Shown: in pieces, positions 1-11,600 of the stretch
Numbering within the stretch: the stretch's first letter is position 1
Layout of the letters: every line of letters begins with the position of its first letter
NCBI GenBank assembly: GCA_010093745.1
Contig: MU005985.1
Coordinates: 124,001-188,000, forward strand
Length of the DNA: 64,000 nt
From: Piedraia hortae CBS 480.64
Taxonomy: Eukaryota
Reading direction: 5' to 3'
The notes under the pieces: model-generated
Database searches by the model: none
What the model saw: only the letters and a program-made list of their open reading frames with translations
What the model was told of the DNA's origin: nothing
Made by a program: the position numbers and the translations under genes

Positions 1-560
1 TGACGACATCCAGCTACCCTGGTCTTTTGCATGTAACATGTTGTCCGCCTACCGCAGGTGCATAGATCCACTTATCGTTTTCTCGGGCCTGGCGCCGCAC
101 TTTTTGAAAACTCAAGCTAACAGAGGGTATGATGCTGACGTAGGGTGTAGAAGACCGTTGATGGCCCGATGAATAGCGAAGGTGTCTTGCGATCGTTTCA
201 CGGGTCAACTCTGCTGCCGACGACATTGCCTGGTTGGTATACAAAGGTGAGTTACCTGCTTCGGTTCGGTTTTTCCCAGCGACCATGACAACATCACGGT
301 ATTGCTCATCTGATCGTGAGTTGGGTTGATAATTCCCTGCCATTTCATGCATGGTAGGCTATGTGAATTGGCTGGCGAATAACCTACCAGTCTCACTACA
401 TGATCTCTGTCTCATAGCAATCTGAAGGTTAGGACACCTGTCATTCTGATGCTGAGCCTACATGCCCAGAAGAGGCTCTGCAACGCCCCAGGTTATAGGC
501 TGTACTTGACAAGAATTAAAGCCCACGACATTGGAATTTAGATTAACGGTAGGTGTAAAT
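1..560 (-). mobile_element. Highly degenerate LTR-retrotransposon integrase-like remnant, truncated by the window edge
   Basis: Minus-strand fragments in shifting frames (SLPCMKWQGI..., DVVMVAGKNRTEAGNSPL..SSAAELTRETIARHLRYSSG..., VSLSFQKV) loosely follow the Ty3/Gypsy integrase order (W..I, VVVDR.TK..HF.P, SA.ELA, FVS.FW). Many stops and frameshifts. Confidence 0.4.
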
Positions 561-1095
561 AGCTACCTGCCAACGAAGATAAGCTCTCCTGGATCGTCAC
601 GGCCAGGTTGATCCAACCGGGCCTCATGACAACAAGAACTCTCAGGAGCAGTACCCCAAAAAGGTCGCTCTAGGCGTCAGACGGCCTCGCTTCCCTCATG
701 GTCAACTTTTCCTGGCCCATTGAGGTTGTAGCAGCCACATAATAGAACCACCGAGTGGCCAGGGCCAGGTGACGGTGCAGTTCACAAGGAAGTTACGATT
801 CTTCCACCTATCATACGTAGAGTTTTAAAACCGCTTAGCCAGTTCCTAACCACGCCTTCCCCAGCGTGAGAAGAAACACGTCGAATGCCTATCACACCCC
901 CGACGTAATCCATTTCAGTACTAAAATGGAGTTCCCCGCGTCTTAACAATTACATCACCCCCTCCCAACCCCACTATTAAGACGCTGCGTCAACCCCACC
1001 TACCCCACCCTCCGACATCGGCCCCTTCCAACCAAAAAAAATCAAAAAAATCAAAAAAATCAAAAAAAAGAAAACCCATCTTGCCAACCACCAAA

Positions 1096-2281
1096 ATGCC
1101 AACCTACAAGATCGTCGTCTTCGGAGGCGACCACTGCGGTCCCGAAGTACTTGTCCCCCCCCAAAAACCCCGCACTCCTAACAAATCAGGTCACAACCGA
1201 AGCCCTCAAAATCCTCACAACTCTCGAACGCACCACCGCCCTAACCTTCAATTTGGACAAGCAACTCCTCGGCGGGGCCTCAATCGACGCGACGGGCGAG
1301 CCGCTAACAACCTCCGCACTCTCCGCCGCAAGAAACGCCGATGCAGTCTTGCTGGGCGCGATCGGGGGTCCGGAATGGGGGACCGGAAGCGTACGCCCTG
1401 AACAAGGCTTACTAAAACTCCGCAAAGAGATGGGTACTTTTGGGAATTTGAGGCCGTGTTTCTTCCCTTCTGAGGGGTTGGTCGAAACGAGTCCGCTCAA
1501 GGCGGATGTATGCAGGGGGACAAATTTCATGATCGTGCGGGAGTTGACAGGGGGTATATACTTTGGGAATAGAAAGGAGGGGGATCAGGAGGCGTATGAT
1601 ACGGAGGTGTATGCAAAAGAAGAGGTGGAGCGGGTTACGAGGTTAGCGGGACATTTGGCCATGGCGGAGGAGCCGATAAAAGATGTGATTTCGCTGGATA
1701 AGGCGAATGTTATGGCTACGAGTAGGTTGTGGAGGAAGACGGTTGACGAGGTGATGCAAAAGGAGTTTCCAAAGGTCAAGGTGAGACATCAGTTGATTGA
1801 TTCGGCGGCGATGGTGATGGTTACGAATCCGAGGGCATTGAATGGGGTGATTGTTACGAGTAATCTGTTTGGGGATATCATTAGTGATGAGGCCGCGGCG
1901 ATTCCGGGCTCGCTGGGCTTGTTGCCGAGTGCAAGTTTGGGGGGTATCCCTGGGGAAGGGAGGTGTGTTGGAATTTATGAGCCAATTCATGGTGGGTTTT
2001 TTTTGGGGGGGGACACTTTGGGGGGGTGAGTGCTGATGTTGGTGATAGGTTCCGCGCCGGATATGTCGGGGAAGGGAGTGGTCAATCCTGTGGCGATGAT
2101 TCTTTCGGTCAGTATGATGTTGAAGTACTCGTGCCAGCAACCAGATTTGGCAAAGAAGGTGGACGAGGCGGTCAAGAATGTGATTGATAAAGGTATCCGC
2201 ACGCCGGATATAGGCGGAAAGGCATCGACGGCGGAGGTGGGTGATGCGGTTGCCCAGGAGTTGGAGAGGTTGCTGAAGTGA
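1096..2281 (+). CDS. LEU2: 3-isopropylmalate dehydrogenase, 3 exons (1096-1146, 1190-1991, 2049-2281; 361 aa)
   Basis: Motifs GDHCGPEV, GAIGGPEW, RPEQGLLKLRK, DKANVMATSRLWR, NLFGDIISDEA, YEPIHGSAPD. GT-AG introns 1147-1189 and 1992-2048 restore one frame. Confidence 0.97.
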
Positions 2282-2393
2282 TCTTACCATTGACATCTAC
2301 GCTAGACGCACAGAGTCAGTAAAAGGTAGCTATGAGTCAGCGCAAACCACTTTGCTCCATCCATCCATCCATCCATCCATCCATCTCCCCTAA

Positions 2394-2988
2394 ATGCGAG
2401 ACAGAGAAATGCAGATCCAGACTCAAACGCACAGCATCACCATCCACGTCGACAACCGCTCTTCATCCCCCAACCTCCGCTTCCTACAATCCCAAGCCCG
2501 CTGGATCCGGGATGAACTCGACCCCCAAATCGCCATCAACGGCCCTGATGCCCTCCACAGTGATGAAATCCTCAAACTCGACGACCTCCTCCGCACCCTC
2601 CAAGACGCTTCCTTAACAATCACAGACCTCAAAACAACAAGAATCCACCTCGCTGTCCTCCTAATCTGCAGCCAAGGAACCCGCTGGCCTCGTCGTCTCA
2701 TCGACAGAAGCGATCAGTTAACCCACATGTGGGAGCGGAAATTCCAATCCCCACTCAAAGATATTGGAATCCTCCTCTACGAACCCGGCGGTCGTCTTCA
2801 TGGGGTCTGTCAGCCTAATGATATCGATGAAGAAGCACTCATCAACCATTGGAGGGAGACGAATACCCTCGGCGGACTCTTTGCCAAGCAATCGGGTAGT
2901 TTGAGGTTTAGACCGGGAGAGTATGCCACACCTATCCCCATATCAGGCATCCCCATAACCCACAAACACAAACACAGACACAAATTCC

Positions 2989-3028
<40 letters not shown>

Positions 3029-3649
3029 ATCCTTTCCCCAATCACTACTAATGTCTGTCAAGCTGGTGGATAAGCCCCCTCTTCGCCTACCGCGCCGGTA
3101 TTATATCCACCCCCTCTCGTTCCGGGGGTATCATCTCCGATCCCGAACGCGCCTACGCAATCCTCATGACCGATGATTCCGAACTCTGCGGTCCCAACGC
3201 AGAAGAATTCTTCTATCGCGCTGCAGACACCGATCGGGGGAAGTTCAGCCTAACTTCCGCGACGCCCGAATCGAGAACCCCGGTAAGGATCCTGCGGAGT
3301 CATACGCTTAGAAGTTTTCATGCGCCGAAGGCGGGAGTTAGGTATGATGGTTTGTAAGTCTATCCCTTGGGGAGGGGGTTTTGATTTGTTTTTTGATTTG
3401 GGTTTTTTTTTTTTGGGTGGGGGGAAGGGGATGTGTGATAGGGGGCTGATTTGAGATAGGTATCGCGTTACAGGCTGGCGTGTCCTTCCAGATGAAAAGA
3501 CAAAGAAGACAAAGTATGAGATTGGGTTCAAGCGGCTAGAGAACGAACCGAGTATGAGTTCTGTATTGAGAAGGCCGACGACGGATGAGGTCGAGGATTA
3601 TACGGAGTATAAGAGGTTGAGGAGGAGGAGGAGGAGGAGGGGATCATAG
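2394..3649 (+). CDS. SRA/YDG-domain protein, 3 exons (2394-2920, 3063-3353, 3460-3649; ~335 aa)
   Basis: Spliced product reads FRPGDWWISPLFAYRAGII...GGIISD..RAYAILM...PVRILRSHTLRSFHAPKAGVRYDGLYRVTGW, the SRA-YDG pattern. Introns 2921-3062 and 3354-3459. C-terminal poly-Arg. Start could be 2409. Confidence 0.8.
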
Positions 3650-3670
3650 AATAAAGCAGAATGTAAGAAC

Positions 3671-4525
3671 CTACTTCCGAGCCTTTCGATTGCGTTGGAT
3701 TGCCTCCTCGGGAGGGGAAGCATGTCTCTTCTTTCCTCCGTATTTTTCCTCCAACCTTGACAAGAAATCGTTCCTATCGCTCTGTCGGTGTCGGGATTGG
3801 ATCAATTTCTTCAAATCCTCCATCCCTCCTCCTTCCTCTTTTGCTTCTTTCTCCTCCTTCGCCTTCTTCCGCTTCGCGTTTTTTAACCTCGTCTCCCTTG
3901 CTCTAGTAGATTCGTTTGCATAAGCAGGGAAGCTCTGCACTTCTTCCGCGGCAATAGCCGTATCGATAATTTCGCGGAACCGCTCCTCGTCATCGACCAT
4001 ATCAGAGAGCATTACGTCTTCGTATATTTTGGCCATGCGGCCTTTGTGTCGCGTATACGCGGCGAGGAGGTGGGTTCTCTCTTCTTCGCTGTTGCGATAT
4101 TCGGATGCGAATTTGGAAATTGTTGCTTCGCTTACGGCGCCTTCGTATTGGTGGCGGTAGAAGTCTGCCCAGTTGAAGTCCGAGTCGCATTCGACGCTCT
4201 CGCTTGTGCTGCCGGTTGCGTCGTAGCGCGCGCGGCGGGAAGGGTCGGAGAGGATGGCATACGCGAAGGCGATTTCTTGGAATTTGACGTGGGCGAGGTC
4301 CTTGGATTCGGGTGGGGCTTTGTCGGGGTGATGGAGCAGGGCCGCGCGACGGTAGGCACTGCGGATTTGGTCGGCGGTTGCGCTGCGGGAGAGTGAGAGG
4401 ATGTTATAAGGGTCGATGGTGGGTGGTTCGTCGGGGAGGTTCTCTTCTGGGCTATCTGAATCGGAGGAGGATTCGGTATGTTCTTCTTCCTCTTGCTTCT
4501 TTTGCGCGCGTGTACGTCGAGGCAT
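3671..4525 (-). CDS. DnaJ/Hsp40 protein, DNAJC9-like
   Basis: J domain (DPYNIL..IRSAYRRAALLHHPDK..FQEIAFAYAILSD..RRARYD), then YRNSEEE...DDEERF and LEEKYG, typical of the DNAJC9 family. Confidence 0.9.
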   Translation of the reverse strand: MPRRTRAQKKQEEEEHTESSSDSDSPEENLPDEPPTIDPYNILSLSRSATADQIRSAYRRAALLHHPDKAPPESKDLAHVKFQEIAFAYAILSDPSRRARYDATGSTSESVECDSDFNWADFYRHQYEGAVSEATISKFASEYRNSEEERTHLLAAYTRHKGRMAKIYEDVMLSDMVDDEERFREIIDTAIAAEEVQSFPAYANESTRARETRLKNAKRKKAKEEKEAKEEGGGMEDLKKLIQSRHRQSDRNDFLSRLEEKYGGKKRHASPPEEAIQRNRKARK

Positions 4526-4557
4526 GGTGGTGTACAGTAGTGGGAGGTCCTCTGTGG

Positions 4558-4583
4558 ACGCGTCGCGTCGCGTCGCGTCGCGT
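4558..4583. promoter_or_regulatory. MCB-like box ACGCGT followed by four more CGCGT units, in a ~106 bp divergent promoter
   Basis: Sequence acgcgtcgcgtcgcgtcgcgtcgcgt lies between the DnaJ (-) and dynactin p27 (+) starts. Confidence 0.4.
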
Positions 4584-4631
4584 AAATTAAGATTTATAGA
4601 ATTCCATTAGTCAGCACAGACATTGACACCG

Positions 4632-5198
4632 ATGGCCGCGTCAAAGCCGCCGGCTGCTACCCATTGCCAGATCCATCCTTCAGCCGTTGTGGCTGACAAG
4701 GCCCAGTTGATCGGCTCCTACCCCATAGAGATTGGCGAGAATGCAGTCATTCATCCATGGGCCAGGATTTGTGCCACGAAAGGTCGCGTGGTGATTGGGA
4801 GGAGCTGCATAGTCTACGAGATGACTGTTATCGGACACTCGGACATGGATGCCCCCGTCCAAGATCAAGACGTGGTGCTTGGCGAAGGCGTCACGGTAGA
4901 ATCGAGAGCCGTCGTCCAAGCCAAAAGCATAGGTAATCGCACAACCATTGAAGTTGGTGCCGTCATCGGCCACGGTGCAGTTGTGGGACAGTGGTGCAAG
5001 ATTTCTCCACTAGAGAGAATCAGAAGGGGGGAAATGGTTGAGGACTACAAGGTTGTCTACGGGAACGGGCAGTGGAGAATCAATGACTCGGTCAAGAACA
5101 ACGAGGGAGTACGACAGGCGAAGCACGAGGCACAGAGCAAGAGCGTGAAACTGATGAAGAAGATGGTGTCGAATGGCGCTGCCAAATGGGTGACATAG
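4632..5198 (+). CDS. Dynactin subunit p27 (DCTN6)-like left-handed beta-helix protein
   Basis: Hexapeptide repeats IHPSAVVADKAQLIG..IEIGENAVIHPWARI..VVIGRSCIVYE. First ATG at 4632. Confidence 0.75.
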   Translation: MAASKPPAATHCQIHPSAVVADKAQLIGSYPIEIGENAVIHPWARICATKGRVVIGRSCIVYEMTVIGHSDMDAPVQDQDVVLGEGVTVESRAVVQAKSIGNRTTIEVGAVIGHGAVVGQWCKISPLERIRRGEMVEDYKVVYGNGQWRINDSVKNNEGVRQAKHEAQSKSVKLMKKMVSNGAAKWVT

Positions 5199-5283
5199 GC
5201 AAAATGACGCAATAATTCCCCGCTTCCCCGGACCCCTCAACCCCGCATTTCTGCAACCCCGCACCGACTTCATTTCATCAATC

Positions 5284-7371
5284 ATGACCCTGTCGAGCAA
5301 TCGCACAGTCCAGGCAGTTGTGTATGACGTGTGTCTATGGTGTCTGACTATTGTCGTTGATCTTTTCTTCCGAGAAATCCACCCACGTTCGACATGGAGG
5401 ATTCCGCGCGACAAGCCCGTTATCTTCGTCGCCGCGCCCCACGCCAATCAGTTTGTTGATCCGCTGATCCTGATGCGAGTGGTCCGGCAAGATGCCAAGC
5501 GGCGAATCAGCTTCCTTATCGCGGAGAAGAGTATGCGGCGCAAGTTTATCGGTTTCGCTGCGGCTCTGGTCGGCAGCGTGCCTGTTGGCCGTGCTCTGGA
5601 CAATACGAGACCGGCAAATGGCACCATCTACCTCCCAGACCCCGACGGAGACGCGACGCTGGTCAAAGGCAAGGACGTGGACTTTGAGAATGGAGAATTC
5701 ATGCACGGAGGGTTACTTGTACTGCCCAGCGTCAATAACTCTGCTGCAAATTCTGAGATCGACTCTGTAATCGACTCGACCAGCATTCGCCTGAAGAAGC
5801 CGTTCAAAGGCAGTGTGGCCATGAAGCAGCTGTCCGAGGGAACTACATTCCGCGTGGCACCTCATGTTGATCAATCCCAGGTCTATGACCAGGTGTTTCA
5901 AAAGCTTCGCGAAGGTGGATGCATTGGTATCTTCCCAGAAGGCGGCAGCCATGACCGCACCGAGTTGCTTCCGCTCAAGGCTGGACTTGCCATTATGGCT
6001 CTCGGAGCTTTGGCCGAAGATCCCAATTGCGGTGTTACAATCGTTCCGGTCGGAATGAACTACTTTCATCCCAACAAGTTCCGCTCCAGGGCTGTAATCG
6101 AGTTTGGGCCGCCCATTGGCATTGATCCGAAGCTCGTTGAACAGTACAAGAGCGGTAACAAGCGCGGTGCAGTGCAGTCTGTTCTGGACACAGTCTATGA
6201 ACGTCTGACGGCTGTCACGGTGCTTGCTCCAGACTACGATACACTAATGCTGATTCAAGCCGTGCGTCGGCTTTATAACCCCAAGGCTCGGAAACTGCCG
6301 TTGCCGACGGTGGTGGAGCTTAGCAGGAGACTTATCCGCGGCTATACGGCCTACAAGGACGATCCGAGAATTGTCAAATTGCGAGCCGACGTGTTGGATT
6401 ACAACCGGACATTGTTTCGTTTGAACATCCGGGACCACCAGGTTTCGTATGCAAAGTTTACATGGCCCCAGGTCGTTGTTACTTTGTTGTACCGCGTTGC
6501 AAAGTTGTCTGTTCTTTTGCTCGCATCGTTGCCCGGTTTTGTTTTGTTTGCACCGGTGTTCATTGCAGGCAAGTTGATAAGCCGCAAAAAATCCAAAGAG
6601 GCTCTGGCAGCTTCGACGGTCAAGGTGGAAGCCAAAGACGTGGTGGCTACGTGGAAGATTCTCGTCAGTCTGGCTCTGACTCCGGTTCTGGATCTTTTCT
6701 ACACCACATTGCTCGTCTGGTGGACGTATCGCAACCGTGTCTGCGGCCTTGTACCTGCATCATGGTCGCTCTCGTTTGTTGCCGCGGTCGGCATCTTTCT
6801 CTTTCCTGCTATCTGCTTTGCTGCCCTGCGGTTTGGCGAGGTTGGCATGGACATTTTCAAGTCTCTTCCCCCTCTTGTGCTGTCAATCAACCCAACGTCG
6901 GCCAACACTCTTTCTAAGCTGAGAGTCCGCCGGGAGAACCTGTCTGAACAAGTCAATGACATTGTCAACGAACTCGGGCCGGAGCTTTTCCCAGACTTTG
7001 AGAAGCAGCGCATCGTGCCAGACTACACCGGGCGTGAGTACCGCAAGCCTGACAGCAGTGTAGAAGACATGGTGCACGTCTCGCCTCCGACGCCTACGGA
7101 CTCCCACGCACCTAATAAAATGGCACAGGCGCAGGAGCTGCCGCGGAACGAGAGTCTGGAGAATTTAAAGCATGTTGCCATCTTCAGCACGCGGCCGGGA
7201 ACACCGAACCGGTCACGTTCGCGGACCAACAGTACTGAATTCAAACTGGGCAGCGGCTTCGGCATGATGAGCATCTCCACCGGGGCCGAAAGCAAGGCGA
7301 ACCTGGATGAGGTCTCGAAGAGCCTCCGGGCAGCCATGCGGGAACGAGGGAAGAGGAAACAGGACCTGTAA
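5284..7371 (+). CDS. SCT1: Glycerol-3-phosphate/DHAP O-acyltransferase (SCT1/GPT2 family)
   Basis: Acyltransferase motifs APHANQFVDP, IFPEGGSHDR, VPVGMNYFHPNKFRSRAVIEFG; C-terminal TM helices; 695-aa intronless ORF. Confidence 0.93.
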   Translation: MTLSSNRTVQAVVYDVCLWCLTIVVDLFFREIHPRSTWRIPRDKPVIFVAAPHANQFVDPLILMRVVRQDAKRRISFLIAEKSMRRKFIGFAAALVGSVPVGRALDNTRPANGTIYLPDPDGDATLVKGKDVDFENGEFMHGGLLVLPSVNNSAANSEIDSVIDSTSIRLKKPFKGSVAMKQLSEGTTFRVAPHVDQSQVYDQVFQKLREGGCIGIFPEGGSHDRTELLPLKAGLAIMALGALAEDPNCGVTIVPVGMNYFHPNKFRSRAVIEFGPPIGIDPKLVEQYKSGNKRGAVQSVLDTVYERLTAVTVLAPDYDTLMLIQAVRRLYNPKARKLPLPTVVELSRRLIRGYTAYKDDPRIVKLRADVLDYNRTLFRLNIRDHQVSYAKFTWPQVVVTLLYRVAKLSVLLLASLPGFVLFAPVFIAGKLISRKKSKEALAASTVKVEAKDVVATWKILVSLALTPVLDLFYTTLLVWWTYRNRVCGLVPASWSLSFVAAVGIFLFPAICFAALRFGEVGMDIFKSLPPLVLSINPTSANTLSKLRVRRENLSEQVNDIVNELGPELFPDFEKQRIVPDYTGREYRKPDSSVEDMVHVSPPTPTDSHAPNKMAQAQELPRNESLENLKHVAIFSTRPGTPNRSRSRTNSTEFKLGSGFGMMSISTGAESKANLDEVSKSLRAAMRERGKRKQDL

Positions 7372-7402
7372 ATCGTTTACCCTATCCATTACCATGTCTA
7401 TA

Positions 7403-8695
7403 TTACTCGGCCACCCAGACTGCAGCCATTCCCATTCCCGTACCAACGCACATGCTGGTGACTCCAACCTTCTTGTTCTGGCGTTTGAGCTCGTAGAGGA
7501 GGGTGGACACCTGTCTCGCCCCGGTGCATCCCAGCGGATGTCCAAACGCAATTGCGCCGCCCCTAAAACCGTCAGTATCATTATTACCATCGATCGATGA
7601 ATCCACTCACTTTGGATTCACCTTCTCCATCGGCAATCCCAATTCCTCGACACACCAAACACACTGCGACGCAAACGCCTCATTGATCTCATAGATATCC
7701 ACATCCTCCTTCGTGATTCCCGCCTTTTCCAACGCAACGGGAATCGCCTTCCACGGCCCAATGCCCATCAATAAAGGCGGAACCCCCACCACCGACGCAG
7801 TAACATACTTGCCCAGAATCTTCTGCCCAAGCCTCTGCGCCGTCGACCTCTTCATCAACAACACAGCAGCCGCCCCATCCGAAACCTGCGATGCATTCCC
7901 GGCATGAATACTCCCGTCCTTCGCGAACGCAGGCCTAATCTTCCCCAACGACTCAACCGTCACATCCCTAACCCCATCATCCCTCTTAACTTCAATCTCC
8001 CTCGTCTCATCCGTCTTCGGATCAACCCACTGCACCTTCACCGGCAGGACCTCCTGATCAAACAACCCTCCCTTCCACGCCTCGCCCGCCTTCCTATAAC
8101 TCTCCGCGGCGAAGCGATCCTGCTTTTGCCTCTCAATCCCCTTATCCTTCGCCATATCCTCACTCAACACCCCCATCGGAACCTTACACTCCTTCGCCCT
8201 TTCATGCTCCTCCAACTTCTCACTAAACTCAGTTACAGCCCCCGGCCCATACTGACTCGACATACTCTCCACCCCTGCCCCAATTCCTACATCAATCATT
8301 CCCGCCTTTATCGCATTCGCAACCTCTACACACGCCTGTAGTCCCGAACTACACTGCCGGTTCAGGCTATGCACGGCTGTACTCTCCGGGAAACCTGCCA
8401 GAAGTGCTGCGGCGCGGAATTCGGTCGCTCCGCCCCCCGGGGCGAGCACGTTCCCGACCGCGATGTCTTCGACGAGATTGGGGGAAATGCCAGAGCGGGT
8501 GAGGACGCCGCCTAAAGCGGCGGCGAGGAGGTCAGCCCCCGCCGTATCTTTAAACCCGCCCTTGCCGCCGCGCGTGAAGGGCGTGCGGAGGGCGCAGGTT
8601 ACGACGATGTCGTCGGGGGATTGCGCCGTCAGGCGGCTGGCGCCGCTGCCGGTTAGTTGGGTGCTGAGGGAGTTGAGGCGGGATTGCGCGGACAT
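7403..8695 (-). CDS. POT1: Peroxisomal 3-ketoacyl-CoA thiolase, 2 exons (8695-7611, 7562-7403; 414 aa)
   Basis: NRQCSSGL, GNASQVSDGAAA, EINEAFA, NPKGGAIAFGHPLG, SMCVGTGMG. N-terminal PTS2 RLNSLSTQL. Intron 7563-7610. Confidence 0.95.
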
Positions 8696-11600
8696 TTTGG
8701 TTGCTGGGAGGGATGCTTGGCAATTGGAGGGGGTGGTGCTTTGAGTGGGTTTATAGGTTGATGGCAGGCCTGGCGGCCTCCCTTGAGGTCCCGAGATGCC
8801 GAGGTTGCAGGCGCATGTGGACGCTAGGCTGTTTGCGGCCGTGGAGGACGAGTTGGGGGTTTAGGAGGAGGCATGTGATGTGCGGCCGTAGGGGGCGTTT
8901 TGTGTGGACTATGGGGTTTGACTGGTGGTGGGAAACGAGGGTTTGCCACGGTTTGGGATGGTTTCGCTGGGGGAGCAAAAGGGAAAACTTCTGGTTCGGG
9001 GAACAGATCAGACTATGGAAAAGCTATCATATTTGCTCTACGTCTTCGGAGGAGCATCCTGAAACATGCGTGCAGGGTGTCTTGCCTGCATGGTGCATGC
9101 ATCTGTACTTGTTATGCAGGTCCGCGGCTCGGGGTTCGCTCGCCCGAACGTGTCGCCCTCGGGTTTTTTCGATTATATCAAATCCGAGGCGGAGAGTATG
9201 CGTGAACTTTACGCCTCTTCGCTGTTCATGTGATATGTCATGTCTGAGGCCTGACAGAGGTCATTTTGGAGAAACTGAAGCGACAGATGCGTATTCTGCG
9301 TGTATTTCCTACGTAGTCAAGTAAATGCTGCATTTATAAGCATCCCTTCTTGGTGGTTCAGACGAAGATACACTGTCTACGACACCTCTAGTTTAAGATG
9401 TAAAGTCTTTATCACGCAGCCCTAGTGAAATTCTCACGTCTGCTATGCAAAAAGTAGATATCTTCTCTCCATATCGCGAGTGTTGCTCACAGAGTGAGCG
9501 CGAGTACCCTGCAACCCTACGTTTCTACAAGCGAGGACACGGTTATGATTTGAGTCTAGGTATTGTAATGTAGGTGGTGGCTCTCCAATTCGTTTAGAGT
9601 TTTGCGGAAGTGTGGGTGAAAATCCAGTCATGGATTTGGATTTTTGCGTGGAGTGTGTTTTTATTCTGAATAACCCATCGCTGGTCAACACGGTCGTGGT
9701 TTAAGGTCCGGATGAATACCTTACGGTTATTCAGATTTACCTTGTTTAACTCGTAAGGAAAGATAGACAGTTGGGTAGGGCAAGTGACAAATGGAAGGTA
9801 TGTAGAAGGTGCTACTTCGGTGGTGAGGTCCAGACTTATAAACAATGAAGTGAGGTCTCGGTTCATTGGGATGCTGTTCCTAGGAACTCACCAGAACTGA
9901 TCTTGTCACATCGCTCCTTTTTCATCCTACCATGGAAGCGGTGCCTTGTAGGCTGGTATGCATATACGTCTTGAGCGAAATGAGCATCTTGTTCCATGTG
10001 GGAACAGTACAGCTTCTGTACGAGTCATCAATCAGTCTTCTGTCAACAGTCGGAGACACTTGGCTTTAGAATTAAAAGGTTCAGACTAGTCTGTCATGAG
10101 ATTTTACACTATCGGGATGATTTGCTCGTGCGGTATCGACAGGGGGGAATTTTAGATTATCTTCGTGTGATTGATCTCGGGGGAATACCGTATCAAACTT
10201 GAAGTGTCCTTCAATTCGAAACGAAAGAGAGATGGGTGGTTGCAGAGCTGCAATGACACTCTTACCCTTTCCTCGAACAGAGTTGTCATTGCGAAAATCC
10301 ATTCAGGTGTCGGAAAGGCAAGACTGCTGTCGAAGCTACCCTCAATCTAGTTATAGGCGACGGGCGGCTTTTCGCCCCACGTATCCCCAATTAGACAGAT
10401 CTTTCGTTTCCTATTCTGGTAGTATGTAGGAACACATGTTCACAATTCAGTGTTTGACTAACCCCCTCTATACATAACATTAACATCAATATCGAACGAT
10501 GAGATGGCTTTGTTTCGATTTCGCAGATGTGAAAAGTTAGAAATCCCCCACAACGGAACGAAGTTTTTTCCTCTCGTAATGTCAAGACAATCTCGGTGAC
10601 CCAAAGGAACGCATTCATCACTCGCGCCTATAGAAACCATATCCGCGAGGATTCACACACGTTCATTTTTCCCCACAGAATTAATGACTGTTGCTGTATC
10701 ATAGGACGCGCAGAAAAGGGGGAAAAATAAATCTGCGGTACACATTTAAGGAGCGCCATGGGTACTCCACTTCAAAGGGAGCATAAAGCGGGCCAATGTC
10801 TCGTGATGAATTTGGTGAGGTAGACGGTATGGACATCAACCTTGGAGAATATTAAATCGTAAAATGTCGGTTTCGCCTGGCGGTCCTTCTCCGTTTGTCG
10901 TCTTGGGCATGGTGAGAAATGCAACCCTTCGAGTTTAGGAACGCTGTTTGTACCGCAGTGCGACTCTTGAACAAGATTAGGCGTGGTGTTATGTTCCTAG
11001 AAATTTGGGAAAAATGTGACTGCGTGTCGCGATCACGAGAGAGAAAACTCGATCTTCACTTTTACCAGTCAGGTATCTTCCTTCGCACACTGGACGATGC
11101 ATACTTGACACTCGTGTTGGTGTTTTACAAGCTTCTTTCCAAAGGACATGAAAAGAAGAGGCAGTAAAGGGAACATTGTGTGTTGACAGAAGGAAATGAT
11201 GCTGCACGTTCCCTATTTCCACAAAATGGATCAAGAAGAAGCTGCGTCCTGCAAAAGTGAACTTCCTCGGCAGCAGATCTCGAACAGTGAGGAAATTCGC
11301 TGGAAAAGATGTTAGCCACTGGAAGAGATCATCCAAGAACATTCTACCGAACATCTGACCTGCTCGTCATTGAGCCAACCGCAATAGGAAAAAACTACCG
11401 ATACATACCAGCTCACAGCACCATCCACAAACTTCCCCTGTGAACTCAATAAACCCCACAAATGCAGTAAAGACCTATTCTGCGCCATTCCACGACATCT
11501 GCACGAAAAATCGCGTCACCCATCCGCTCAAGCCTAGACGAATGAGGAGCGTCTTTTGTAGGTGATGATGCACCGCACTTATCCCCACCCAAAAATGAAA

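Noticed and set aside
5284..8695. Lipid gene pair SCT1-POT1 (and vacuolar pair VPH1-AVT3) as functional clusters
   Set aside because: Two-gene adjacency of housekeeping genes in a compact genome is expected by chance; no shared regulatory evidence.
8701..9324. 207-aa ORF upstream of the thiolase
   Set aside because: Non-ATG start and Trp/Arg/Gly composition that reflects G-rich promoter DNA; no domain.
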